This document shows positions 37,652 to 50,239 of a DNA stretch of 64,000 bases, piece by piece (the stretch's first letter is position 1; each line of letters starts with the position of its first letter). Under the pieces are notes generated by a model. That model worked only from the letters and a program-made list of their open reading frames with translations, did no database searches and was not told the origin of the DNA. The DNA lies in NCBI GenBank assembly GCA_964016885.1, contig OZ024742.1, positions 368,838,001 to 368,902,000 on the forward strand. The letters are read 5' to 3'. The translations under genes were made by a program, and so were the position numbers. Source of the stretch: Eledone cirrhosa (taxonomy: Eukaryota).

Positions 37652-37767
37652 CCTTCTATACAATAAATATATTTTACTCTGCCATGTATTGAGTACCTTA
37701 CTTACTGTGGTTATCCCTGACTCAACCCGGGACCTACGTATATATATATATAGTTTTAATATAGATG

Positions 37768-37818
37768 AGATTCTACAGGACTAGAACTGTTTCATTCGTT
37801 AGAAATCATCAGGAATCT
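37768..37818 (-). ncRNA. Type I hammerhead ribozyme (related subfamily)
   Basis: Minus strand AGATTC-CTGATGA-T-TTC-TAAC-GAA-T-GAAA-CAG-TTCTAGTC-CTG-TA-GAATCT; compensatory stem I change relative to 37601-37651. Confidence 0.87.
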
Positions 37819-38198
37819 GGGTATCAAAAAATAAATATGGTATTTATAGGTCTCTACAAGTGGTAGGAGAGGGTGGGGAGTGGGATGGGTGCAGGTCATT
37901 GGTTGGTAGAAAAGGGAATTCATTAAAAGCTAATTCTACAAAGCTATAGTTAATTTTTATTTTTATTTTATATTTATTTATGTTTTTAGAGTAACAAAGG
38001 CAGACAGAATTCTATAAACAGGTTCCGGATGGCATACCATTCCTTGTCAATAAGTTTCTCTTAAGCTAACAGATGTCTATAAAATCAGTGGGGGGTCAGT
38101 CATGCTCGATAGAATTAAAGAAAAGGGAGATTCTTTAAAAGCTAAATTCATTAAGGTTCTACTAAGTGACAAAGGTCTAGAGAATTCTGTAGACAGAA

Positions 38199-38370
38199 TA
38201 TATATATATATATATATATATATAATCCAGGATCATATATATATATATATATATATGATCCTGGATTATATATATATATATATATGATCCTGGATTATAT
38301 ATATATATATATATATATGATCCTGGATTATATATATATATATATATGATCCCGGATTATATATATATAT
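38199..38370. repeat. (TA)n tract punctuated by GATCCTGGAT units
   Basis: ATCCAGGATC once, then GATCCTGGAT x3 and GATCCCGGAT x1, separated by (TA)n; same motif at 37475-37516. Confidence 0.85.
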
Positions 38371-38434
38371 AAACGGGAAAAATGAAACGAAATTTCATTT
38401 CCCACTCTTATTACGGCTGTTACTTAAATATAAG

Positions 38435-38830
38435 TATGTACACGTACATACATATATGTATACAGACGTACAGTAGTATGTATATATACATACATGCACA
38501 CACATATATACGTACGTATGGATTCACCGAACATTTATTATAATGCTTGGTGTGTTTGTAAACAAACATCCCGCATTAAGCCGTAGTGTCCAGCAACCAT
38601 CGTTGCTCGTTTGTTCAACACTGACAAAGGAACGCTGTACTTGTTTCAAGCTTATTAGCTATCGTCAGCAACGCATACGGCTTAATGCGGGATGTTTGTT
38701 TACAAACACACCGAACATTATAATAAATGTTCGGTGAATCCATACGTACATATATGTGTGTGTGCATGTATGTATATATATATACATACTACTGTACGTC
38801 TGTATACATATATGTATGTACGTGTACATA
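38435..38830. repeat. Large foldback (~150-bp arms, ~90-nt loop)
   Basis: TATGTACACGTACATAC...CATCCCGCATTAAGCCGTA (38435-38585) pairs with TACGGCTTAATGCGGGATG...GTATGTACGTGTACATA (38676-38830). Confidence 0.92.
38632..38674 (-). ncRNA. Minimal type I hammerhead ribozyme in the foldback loop
   Basis: Minus strand GCGTTG-CTGACGA-T-AGCT-AATA-AGCT-T-GAAA-C-AA-G-TA-CAGCGT: 6-bp stem I with two G-U pairs, stem II AGCT/AGCT, very short stem III, GUA triplet. Confidence 0.78.
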
Positions 38831-39182
38831 TATATATATATATAATGTGTTGTTGTATATATAAAGCATGTAGTTTGTGGTTTCTGATCTAAGCACTAGA
38901 CATTTATAAACTAACGCCCTAAGGACTCTGCCAATTCACCACCTTCATAATTTACAAACCAAACAATAATAATGAGTTTTGTGGGGTTGGCACAAAATAT
39001 CAAACTTAAGGGGAGGATAGATGGTAGATGAGAGAATTTATACAAATCCTGGTACATATTTATTGACCCTGGAATAATGGAAGTGAACTGACAATGTACA
39101 AGATTTTAACTAAATATCATGTCATGTTATCTCATGTCTCCCACTTCTAACTAACCACTTCAACAGAAATACTCAACATCAA

Positions 39183-39418
39183 CCCTTTCATACCAAACTG
39201 CCTCAAACTGACCTTCATTCTATGATACAAAACTGTTTTAAAGTGTTTATTTTTACCAAAAAACATTTCATCATAATTGTACGTAAGCACTTTTGTTAAG
39301 TTATGTTCCAAACACGAGCTAAGAAATAAATTTATCTATATTACTAAATCCTTTCAAATTCTTAATTATTTGAACATCATAGTCAGTGTCTTTCATTGGA
39401 AATATGGTAACAAAAGGG
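39183..39418. mobile_element. Degenerate piggyBac-type MITE, family B
   Basis: TCAA|CCCTTTCATACCA ... ATATGGTAACAAAAGGG|TTAA; the same terminus occurs at ~26814 (TTAACCCTTTCATTACCATAT) and 62198 (CCCTTTTGTTACCATATTT). Confidence 0.55.
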
Positions 39419-39759
39419 TTAAGGACTTCTCATATTTGCACAAGACTACAAATTTATAGGGTAGAGAAGCATAGTTGATTAATTCAACCCCCCAATATAT
39501 GACTGGTACTGATTTTATTGACCCCCTAGGTAGATGAAAAGCAAATCTGACCCAAAATGTTATTTGGTCCTAAATGTAACTCAGTCAAGAAAACATTTCA
39601 AATCTATGCAAGTGGTGGAACTAAAGAATTCATTTTAAAATTATCACTAATGATAAAATATTTTTCAATGTGTGTGAGAAAGAATACTCAAACACCATTA
39701 CCCCAATGATGTGAGCTTGGATGTTGTGAAAGAACACTCTCTGGTGTGTAGAACCACAA

Positions 39760-39964
39760 CAGATAGAATGGAGAACACCTTGACCGAGAGGAGGATGTGA
39801 GAAATGCACTGAAATAAGTCATTCTCACTTGCATGACTCACCCTCATGAGTAACCAACTCTGATCTGATAACAGTAAAGAGGTGACCCAGAGAGCAGGAA
39901 TGCTGGAAGTTTCCACTGCTATAGGTTCAACAACAAACCTACCACAGAGCAGCTGATACTTCAA
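39760..39964 (-). mobile_element. Degraded C-terminus of a restriction-like-endonuclease non-LTR retrotransposon (CRE-like)
   Basis: KYQLLCGRFVVEPIAVETS ... ENDLFQCIS ... FSILS resembles the KY..L...Y.F.PIAVET.G ... LFQRIS.....GNA..IL C-terminus of this group. Confidence 0.5.
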
Positions 39965-42900
39965 CAGTTTATTATCTCTAGTATTCTACCACTTCTAACA
40001 ACAATAATGTCCTACATTGGGTACAAAAACCACAATTTTACAGAAGAATGTGTAATTGATCCAACTGACCAAGGTTCTGACCGGTACTTAACTTCTAAGC
40101 CCAGATAAAATATAGACAAAATTGATATTGGCCAGATTTGAACCCCAAACATTATTTTACCTGGTGTTACACAATTTCTGTAATCACCACTCAACTAGAA
40201 AAACTATAAAGACAAACAAAAATTATTTTTTAATTAAAAAGTATATAATGAAAGAGTATTTCCGACATGCACCAAAATTGAAAAAAGAACAGTGAAAAGT
40301 TCTTGATTAAGAGAGAATTACAAGTGGGGCTTTATTTCTGTTACATTTATTAACATAACATTTTCTTTTGTAAAACCAGAGAAAGATGTGTTTTAATGAT
40401 GTGGAATGTAAGGATTCACAGAGAATGCCATTCATTTTGGTCTAAAAGCACGGATAAAAAGGTGAGGCTTTGTTGTAAGTGGATTTCAAGGAGAATAGCA
40501 ATTTATAGATGATACACAGTTTTTGAAAAGATGGCACAAAATAACATACACTGCTGCTGTTGTTATATCTAATATGGCTTTATTATGTTTGTTGTGACTG
40601 TTATATCTGATATGGCTTTATTATGTCTGTTGTGACTGTTATATCTGATATGGCTTTATTATGTCTGTTGTGACAGTTATATCTAATATGGCTTTATTAT
40701 GTCTGTTGTGACTGTTATATCTAATATGGCTTTATTATGTCTCTTGTGACTGTTATATCTGATATGGCTTTATTATGTCTGTTGTGACTGTTATATCTAA
40801 TATGGCTTTATTATGTCTGTTGTGACTGTTATATCTAATATGGCTTTATTATGTCTGTTGTGACTGTTATATCTGATATGGCTTTATTATGTCTCTTGTG
40901 ACTGTTATATCTAATATGGCTTTATTATGTCTCTTGTGACTGTTATATCTAATATGGCTTTATTATGTTTGTTGTGACTGTTATATCTAATATGGCTTTA
41001 TTATGTCTGTTGTGACTGTTATATCTAATATAGCTTTATTATGTCTGTTGTGACTGTTATATCTAATATCGCTTTATTATGTCTGTTGTGACTGTTATAT
41101 CTAATATGGCTTTATTATGTTTGTTGTGACTGTTATATCTAATATGGCTTTATTATGTCTCTTGTGACTGTTATATCTAATATGGCTTTATTATGTCTCT
41201 TGTGACTGTTATATCTAATATGGCTTTATTATGTCTGTTGTGACTGTTATATCTAATATGGCTTTATTATGTCTCTTGTGACTGTTATATCTAATATGGC
41301 TTTATTATGTCTCTTGTGACTGTTATATCTAATATGGCTTTATTATGTCTGTTGTGACTGTTATATCTAATATGGCTTTATTATGTCTGTTGTGACTTAT
41401 ATCTAATATGGCTTTATTATGTTTCTTGTGACTGTTATATCTAATATGGCTTTATTATGTCTGTTGTGACTGTTATATCTAATATGGCTTTATTATGTTT
41501 GTTGTGACTGTTATATCTAATATGGCTTTATTATGTCTCTTGTGACTGTTATATCTAATATGGCTTTATTATGTCTCTTGTGACTGTTATATCTAATATG
41601 GCTTTATTATGTTTGTTGTGACTGTTATATCTGATATGGCTTTATTATGTCTCTTGTGACTGTTATATCTAATATGGCTTCATTATGTCTGTTGTGACTG
41701 TTATATCTAATATGGCTTTATTATGTCTGTTGTGACTGTTATATCTAATATGGCTTTATTATGTCTGTTGTGACTGTTATATCTAATATGGCTTTATTAT
41801 GTCTCTTGTGACTGTTATATCTAATATGGCTTTATTATGTCTCTTGTGACTGTTATATCTAATATGGCTTTATTATGTCTGTTGTGACTGTTATATCTAA
41901 TATGGCTTTATTATGTCTGTTGTGACTGTTATATCTAATATGGCTTTATTATGTCTGTTGTGACTGTTATATCTAATATGGCTTTATTATGTCTGTTGTG
42001 ACTGTTATATCTGATATGGCTTTATTATGTCTCTTGTGACTGTTATATCTAATATGGCTTCATTATGTCTGTTGTGACTGTTATATCTAATATGGCTTTA
42101 TTATGTCTGTTGTGACTGTTATATCTAATATGGCTTTATTATGTCTGTTGTGACTGTTATATCTAATATGGCTTTATTATGTCTCTTGTGACTGTTATAT
42201 CTAATATGGCTTTATTATGTCTCTTGTGACTGTTATATCTAATATGGCTTTATTATGTCTGTTGTGACTGTTATATCTAATATGGCTTTATTATGTCTGT
42301 TGTGACTTATATCTAATATGGCTTTATTATGTTTCTTGTGACTGTTATATCTAATATGGCTTTATTATGTCTGTTGTGACTGTTATATCTAATATGGCTT
42401 TATTATGTTTGTTGTGACTGTTATATCTAATATGGCTTTATTATGTCTCTTGTGACTGTTATATCTAATATGGCTTTATTATGTCTCTTGTGACTGTTAT
42501 ATCTAATATGGCTTTATTATGTTTGTTGTGACTGTTATATCTGATATGGCTTTATTATGTCTCTTGTGACTGTTATATCTAATATGGCTTCATTATGTCT
42601 GTTGTGACTGTTATATCTAATATGGCTTTATTATGTCTGTTGTGACTGTTATATCTAATATGGCTTTATTATGTCTGTTGTGACTGTTATATCTAATATG
42701 GCTTTATTATGTCTCTTGTGACTGTTATATCTAATATGGCTTTATTATGTCTCTTGTGACTGTTATATCTAATATGGCTTTATTATGTCTGTTGTGACTG
42801 TTATATCTAATATGGCTTTATTATGTCTGTTGTGACTGTTATATCTAATATGGCTTTATTATGTCTGTTGTGACTGTTATATCTAATATGGCTTTATTAT

Positions 42901-44735
42901 GTCTGTTGTGACTGTTATATCTGATATGGCTTTATTATGTCTCTTGTGACTGTTATATCTAATATGGCTTCATTATGTCTGTTGTGACTGTTATATCTAA
43001 TATGGCTTTATTATGTCTGTTGTGACTGTTATATCTAATATGGCTTTATTATGTCTGTTGTGACTGTTATATCTAATATGGCTTTATTATGTCTCTTGTG
43101 ACTGTTATATCTAATATGGCTTTATTATGTCTCTTGTGACTGTTATATCTAATATGGCTTTATTATGTCTCTTGTGACTGTTATATCTAATATGGCTTTA
43201 TTATGTCTGTTGTGACTGTTATATCTAATATGGCTTTATTATGTCTGTTGTGACTGTTATATCTAATATGGCTTTATTATGTCTCTTGTGACTGTTATAT
43301 CTAATATGGCTTTATTATGTCTCTTGTGACTGTTATATCTAATATGGCTTTATTATGTCTGTTGTGACTGTTATATCTAATATGGCTTTATTATGTCTCT
43401 TGTGACTGTTATATCTAATATGGCTTTATTATGTCTGTTGTGACTGTTATATCTAATATGGCTTTATTATGTCTGTTGTGACTGTTATATCTAATATGGC
43501 TTTATTATGTCTCTTGTGACTGTTATATCTAATATGGCTTTATTATGTCTGTTGTGACTGTTATATCTAATATGGCTTTATTATGTCTGTTGTGACTGTT
43601 ATATCTAATATGGCTTTATTATGTCTCTTGTGACTGTTATATCTAATATGGCTTTATTATGTCTCTTGTGACTGTTATATCTAATATGGCTTTATTATGT
43701 CTCTTGTGACTGTTATATCTAATATGGCTTTATTATGTCTGTTGTGACTGTTATATCTAATGTGGCTTTATTATGTCTGTTGTGACTGTTATATCTAATA
43801 TGGCTTTATTATGTTTGTTGTGACATATCTAATATGGCTTTATTATGTCTGTTATGACTGTTATATCTAATATGGCTTTATTATGTTTGTTGTGACTGTT
43901 ATATCTAATATGGCTTTATTATGTCTGTTGTGACTGTTATATCTAATATAGCTTTATTATGTCTGTTGTGACTGTTATATCTAATATCGCTTTATTATGT
44001 CTCTTGTGACTGTTATATCTAATATGGCTTTATTATGTTTGTTGTGACTGTTATATCTAATATGGCTTTATTATGTCTCTTGTGACTGTTATATCTAATA
44101 TGGCTTTATTATGTCTCTTGTGACTGTTATATCTAATATGGCTTTATTATGTCTGTTGTGACTGTTATATCTAATATGGCTTTATTATGTTTGTTGTGAC
44201 TGTTATATCTAATATGGCTTTATTATGTCTCTTGTGACTGTTATATGTAATATGGCTTTATTATGTCTGTTGTGACTGTTATATCTAATGTGGCTTTATT
44301 ATGTCTCTTGTGACTGTTATATCTAATATGGCTTTATTATGTCTGTTGTGACTGTTATATCTAATATGGCTTTATTATGTCTGTTGTGACTTATATCTAA
44401 TATGGCTTTATTATGTTTCTTGTGACTGTTATATCTAATATGGCTTTATTATGTCTGTTGTGACTGTTATATCTAATATGGCTTTATTATGTTTGTTGTG
44501 ACTGTTATATCTAATATGGCTTTATTATGTCTGTTGTGACTGTTATATCTAATATGGCTTTATTATGTCTCTTGTGACTGTTATATCTAATATGGCTCTA
44601 TTATGTCTCTTGTGACTGTTATATCTAATATGGCTCTATTATGTCTCTTGTGACTGTTATATCTAATATGGCTTTATTATGTCTCTTGTGACTGTTATAT
44701 CTAATATGGCTTTATTATGTTTGTTGTGACTGTTA

Positions 44736-44917
44736 TGGATTAGCAGTATCGGTAGAGGGTCGGACGCCATGCTTTCCAGCATAGTTACGTCCCTTTCCCA
44801 TCTGAGTTCAAATCCCGCCGAGGTTGACTTTGCCTTTCATCCTTACGGGGTCGATAAAATAAAGTACCAGTAATGCACTGGTAATTGCTGGCCTTGTGCC
44901 TAAAATAGAAACAATTA
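44736..44917 (+). mobile_element. tRNA-derived SINE inserted in the 38-bp satellite
   Basis: A-box-like TAGCAGTATCGGT (~44741), B-box GTTCAAATCC (44806-44815), core GACTTTGCCTTTCATCCTTACGGGGTCGATAAAATAAAGTACCAG resembling the Deu/Nin SINE domain, tail GGCCTTGTGCCTAAAATAGAAACAATTA. Confidence 0.88.
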
Positions 44918-47900
44918 TGTCTGTTGTGACTGTTATATCTAATATGGCTTTATTATGTCTCTTGTGACTGTTATATCTAATATGGCTTTATTATGTATGT
45001 TGTGACTGTTATATCTAATATGGCTTTATTATGTCTCTTGTGACTGTTATATCTAATGTGGCTTTATTATGTCTCTTGTGACTGTTATATCTAATATGGC
45101 TTTATTATGTCAGTTGTGACTGTTATATCTAATATGGCTTTATTATGTCAGTTGTGACTGTTATATCTAATATGGCTTTATTATGTCTCTTGTGACTTAT
45201 ATCTAATATGGCTTTATTATGTTTGTTGTGACATATCTAATATGGCTTTATTATGTCTATTGTGACTGTTATATCTAATATGGCTTTATTATGTTTGTTG
45301 TGACTGTTATATCTAATATGGCTTTATTATGTCTCTTGTGACTGTTATATCTAATATGGCTTTATTATGTCTGTTGTGACTGTTATATCTAATGTGGCTT
45401 TATTATGTCTCTTGTGACTGTTATATCTAATATGGCTTTATTATGTCTGTTGTGACTTATATCTAATATGGCTTTTTATGTCTGTTGTGACTGTTATATC
45501 TAATATGGCTTTATTATGTCTGTTGTGACTGTTATATCTAATATGGCTTTATTATGTCTGTTGTGACTGTTATATCTAATGTGGCTTTATTATGTTTGTT
45601 GTGACTGTTATATCTAATATGGCTTTATTATGTCTCTTGTGACTTACATCTAATATGGCTTTATTATGTCTATGTCTGTTGTGACTGTTATATCTAATGT
45701 GGCTTTATTATGTCTCTTGTGACTGTTATATCTAATATGGCTTTATTATGTCTGTTGTGACTTATATCTAATATGGCTTTATTATGTCTGTTGTGACTGT
45801 TATCTCTAATATGGCTTTATTATGTCTGTTGTGACTGTTATATCTAATATGGCTTTATTATGTTTGTTGTGACTGTTATATCTAATATGGCTTTATTATG
45901 TCTCTTGTGACTGTTATATCTAGTGTGGCTTTATTATGTCTCTTGTGACTGTTATATCTAATATGGCTTTATTATGTCTCTTGTGACTGTTACATCTAAT
46001 ATGGCTTTATTATGTCTATGTCTGTTGTGACTGTTATATCTAATGTGGCTTTATTATGTCTCTTGTGACTGTTATATCTAATATGGCTTCATTATGTCTG
46101 TTGTGACTTATATCTAATATGGCTTTATTATGTCTGTTGTGACTGTTATCTCTAATATGGCTTTATTATGTCTGTTGTGACTGTTATATCTAATATGGCT
46201 TTATTATGTCTGTTGTGACTGTTATATCTAATATGGCTTTATTATGTCTCTTGTGACTGTTATATCTAATGTGGCTTTATTATGTCTCTTGTGACTGTTA
46301 TATCTAATATGGCTTTATTATGTCAGTTGTGACTGTTATATCTAATATGGCTTTATTATGTCTGTTGTGACTGTTATATCTAATATGGCTTTATTATGTC
46401 TCTTGTGACTGTTATATCTAATATGGCTTTATTATGTTTGTTGTGACATGTCTAATATGGCTTTATTATGTCTATTGTGACTGTTATATCTAATATGGCT
46501 TTATTATGTTTGTTGTGACTGTTATATATAATATGGCTTTATTATGTCTCTTGTGACTGTTATATCTAATATGGCTTTATTATGTCTGTTGTGACTGTTA
46601 TATCTAATGTGGCTTTATTATGTCTCTTGTTACTGTTATATCTAATATGGCTTTATTATGTCTGTTGTGACTTATATCTAATATGGCTTTTTATGTCTGT
46701 TGTGACTGTTATATCTAATATGGCTTTATTATGTCTGTTGTGACTGTTATATCTAATATGGCTTTATTATGTCTGTTGTGACTGTTATATCTAATGTGGC
46801 TTTATTATGTTTGTTGTGACTGTTATATCTAATATGGCTTTATTATGTCTCTTGTGACTGTTACATCTAATATGGCTTTATTATGTCTATGTCTGTTGTG
46901 ACTGTTATATCTAATGTGGCTTTATTATGTCTCTTGTGACTGTTATATCTAATATGGCTTTATTATGTCTGTTGTGACTTATATCTAATATGGCTTTATT
47001 ATGTCTGTTGTGACTGTTATCTCTAATATGGCTTTATTATGTTTGTTGTGACTGTTATATCTAATATGGCTTTATTATGTCTATGTCTGTTGTGACTGTT
47101 ATATCTAATATGGCTTTATTATGTCTGTTGTGACTGTTATATCTAATATGGCTTTATTATGTTTGTTGTGACTGTTATATCTAATATGGCTTTATTATGT
47201 CTCTTGTGACTGTTATATCTAGTGTGGCTTTATTATGTCTCTTGTGACTGTTATATCTAATATGGCTTTATTATGTCTCTTGTGACTGTTATATCTAATA
47301 TGGCTTTATTATGTCTGTTGTGACTGTTATATCTAATATGGCTTTATTATGTCTGTTGTGACTGTTATATCTAATATGGCTTTATTATGTTTGTTGTGAC
47401 TGTTATATCTAATATGGCTTTATTATGTCTCTTGTGACTGTTATATCTAGTGTGGCTTTATTATGTCTCTTGTGACTGTTATATCTAATATGGCTTTATT
47501 ATGTCTCTTGTGACTGTTATATCTAATATGGCTTTATTATGTCTGTTGTGACTGTTATATCTAATATGGCTTTATTATGTCTCTTGTGACTGTTATATCT
47601 AATATGGCTTTATTATGTCTGTTGTGACTTATATCTAATATGGCTTTATTATGTCTGTTGTGACTGTTATCTCTAATATGGCTTTATTATGTCTGTTGTG
47701 ACTGTTATATCTAATATGGCTTTATTATGTCTGTTGTGACTGTTATATCTAATATGGCTTTATTATGTCTCTTGTGACTGTTATATCTAATGTGGCTTTA
47801 TTATGTCTCTTGTGACTGTTATATCTAATATGGCTTTATTATGTCAGTTGTGACTGTTATATCTAATATGGCTTTATTATGTCTGTTGTGACTGTTATAT

Positions 47901-49520
47901 CTAATATGGCTTTATTATGTCTCTTGTGACTGTTATATCTAATATGGCTTTATTATGTTTGTTGTGACATGTCTAATATGGCTTTATTATGTCTATTGTG
48001 ACTGTTATATCTAATATGGCTTTATTATGTTTGTTGTGACTGTTATATATAATATGGCTTTATTATGTCTCTTGTGACTGTTATATCTAATATGGCTTTA
48101 TTATGTCTGTTGTGACTGTTATATCTAATATGGCTTTATTATGTCTGTTGTGACTGTTATATCTAATATGGCTTTATTATGTTTGTGACTGTTATATCTA
48201 ATATGGCTTTATTATGTCTCTTGTGACTGTTATATGTAATATGGCTTTATTATGTCTGTTGTGACTGTTATATCTAATGTGGCTTTATTATGTCTCTTGT
48301 GACTGTTATATCTAATATGGCTTTATTATGTCAGTTGTGACTGTTATATCTAATATGGCTTTATTATGTCTGTTGTGACTGTTATATCTAATATGGCTTT
48401 ATTATGTCTGTTGTGACTTATATCTAATATGGCTTTATTATGTTTGTTGTGACATCTAATATGGCTTTATTATGTCTGTTGTGACTGTTATATCTAATAT
48501 GGCTTTATTATGTTTGTTGTGACTGTTATATCTAATATCGCTTTATTATGTCTCTTGTGACTGTTATATCTAATATGGCTTTATTATGTCTCTTGTGACT
48601 GTTATATCTAATATGGCTTTATTATGTCTCTTGTGACTGTTATATCTAATATGGCTTTATTATGTCAGTTGTGACTGTTATATCTAATATGGCTTTATTA
48701 TGTCTCTTGTGACTGTTATATCTAATATGGCTTTATTATGTCTCTTGTGACTGTTATATCTAATATGGCTTTATTATGTCAGTTGTGACTGTTATATCTA
48801 ATATGGCTTTATTATGTCTCTTGTGACTGTTATATCTAATATGGCTTTATTATGTCTCTTGTGACTGTTATATCTAATATGGCTTTATTATGTCTCTTGT
48901 GACTTATATCTAATATGGCTTTATTATGTTTGTTGTGACATATCTAATATGGCTTTATTATGTCTCTTGTGACTGTTATATCTAATATGGCTTTATTATG
49001 TTTGTTGTGACTGTTATATCTAATATGGCTTTATTATGTCTATTGTGACTGTTATATCTAATATGGCTTTATTATGTCTCTTGTGACTGTTATATCTAAT
49101 ATGGCTTTATTATGTCTCTTGTGACTGTTATATCTAATATGGCTTTATTATGTCTGTTGTGACTGTTATATCTAATATGGCTTTATTATGTCTCTTGTGA
49201 CTGTTATATCTAATATGGCTTTATTATGTCTCTTGTGACTTATATCTAATATGGCTTTATTATGTCTGTTGTGACTGTTATATCTAATATGGCTTTATTA
49301 TGTCTGTTGTGACTGTTATATCTAATATGGCTTTATTATGTCTCTTGTGACTGTTATATCTAATATGGCTTTATTATGTCTGTTGTGACTGTTATATCTA
49401 ATATGGCTTTATTATGTCTGTTGTGACTGTTATATCTAATATGGCTTTATGATGTCTGTTGTGACTGTTATATCTAATATGGCTTTATTATGTCTGTTGT
49501 GACTTATATCTAATATGGCT

Positions 49521-49640
49521 CTTTCTGAGTTCAAATCCCGCCGAGGTTGACTTTGCCTTTCATCCTTACGGGGTCGATAAAATAAAGTACCAGTAATGCA
49601 CTGGGTAATTGCTGGCCTTGTGCCTAAAGTAGAAACAATT
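49521..49640 (+). mobile_element. 5'-truncated SINE copy in the 38-bp satellite
   Basis: Starts at CTTTCTGAGTTCAAATCCCGCCGAGG and runs to AGAAACAATT. Confidence 0.88.
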
Positions 49641-50239
49641 ATGTCTGTTGTTACTGTTATATCTAATATGGCTTTATTATGTTTGTTGTGACATATCTAA
49701 TATGGCTTTATTATGTCTCTTGTGACTGTTATATCTAATATGGCTTTATTATGTCTGTTGTGACTGTTATATCTAATATGGCTTTATTATGTTTGTTGTG
49801 ACTGTTATATCTAATATGGCTTTATTATGTCTCTTGTGACTGTTATATCTAATATGGCTTTATTATGTCTGTTGTGACTGTTATATCTAATATGGCTCTA
49901 TTATGTCTGTTGTGACTGTTATATCTAATATGGCTTTATTATGTCTGTTGTGACTGTTATATCTAATATGGCTTTATTATGTCTGTTGTGACTGTTATAT
50001 CTAATATGGCTTTATTATGTTTGTTGTGACTGTTATATCTAATATGGCTTTATTATGTCTGTTGTGACTGTTATATCTAATATGGCTTTATTATGTCTGT
50101 TGTGACTGTTATATCTAATATGGCTTTATTATGTCTGTTGTGACTGTTATATCTAATATGGCTTTATGATGTCTGTTGTGACTGTTATATCTAATATGGC
50201 TTTATTATGTCTGTTGTGACTGTTATATCTAATATGGCT

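Larger units (their letters stand above)
37535..37670. repeat. Near-perfect palindrome centred on AAGCTT (37600-37605)
   Basis: ATATTTATTGTATAGAAGCAGCTTCTACAGG...TCAGGAAG|CTTCCTGA...CCTGTAGAAGCTCCTTCTATACAATAAATAT; one mismatch seen, no spacer. Confidence 0.93.

Noticed and set aside
40380-40461. Possible host exon (…AAACCAG| … AAAAAG|GTGAGG) with one open frame, ERCVLMMWNVRIHRECHSFWSKSTDKK
   Set aside because: Splice-like signals only; the peptide is unrecognisable and no partner exons were found. RNA-seq would be needed.
44736-44820. tRNA gene
   Set aside because: A- and B-box-like motifs are present, but I could not build a cloverleaf and the sequence continues into a SINE body seen in several copies.
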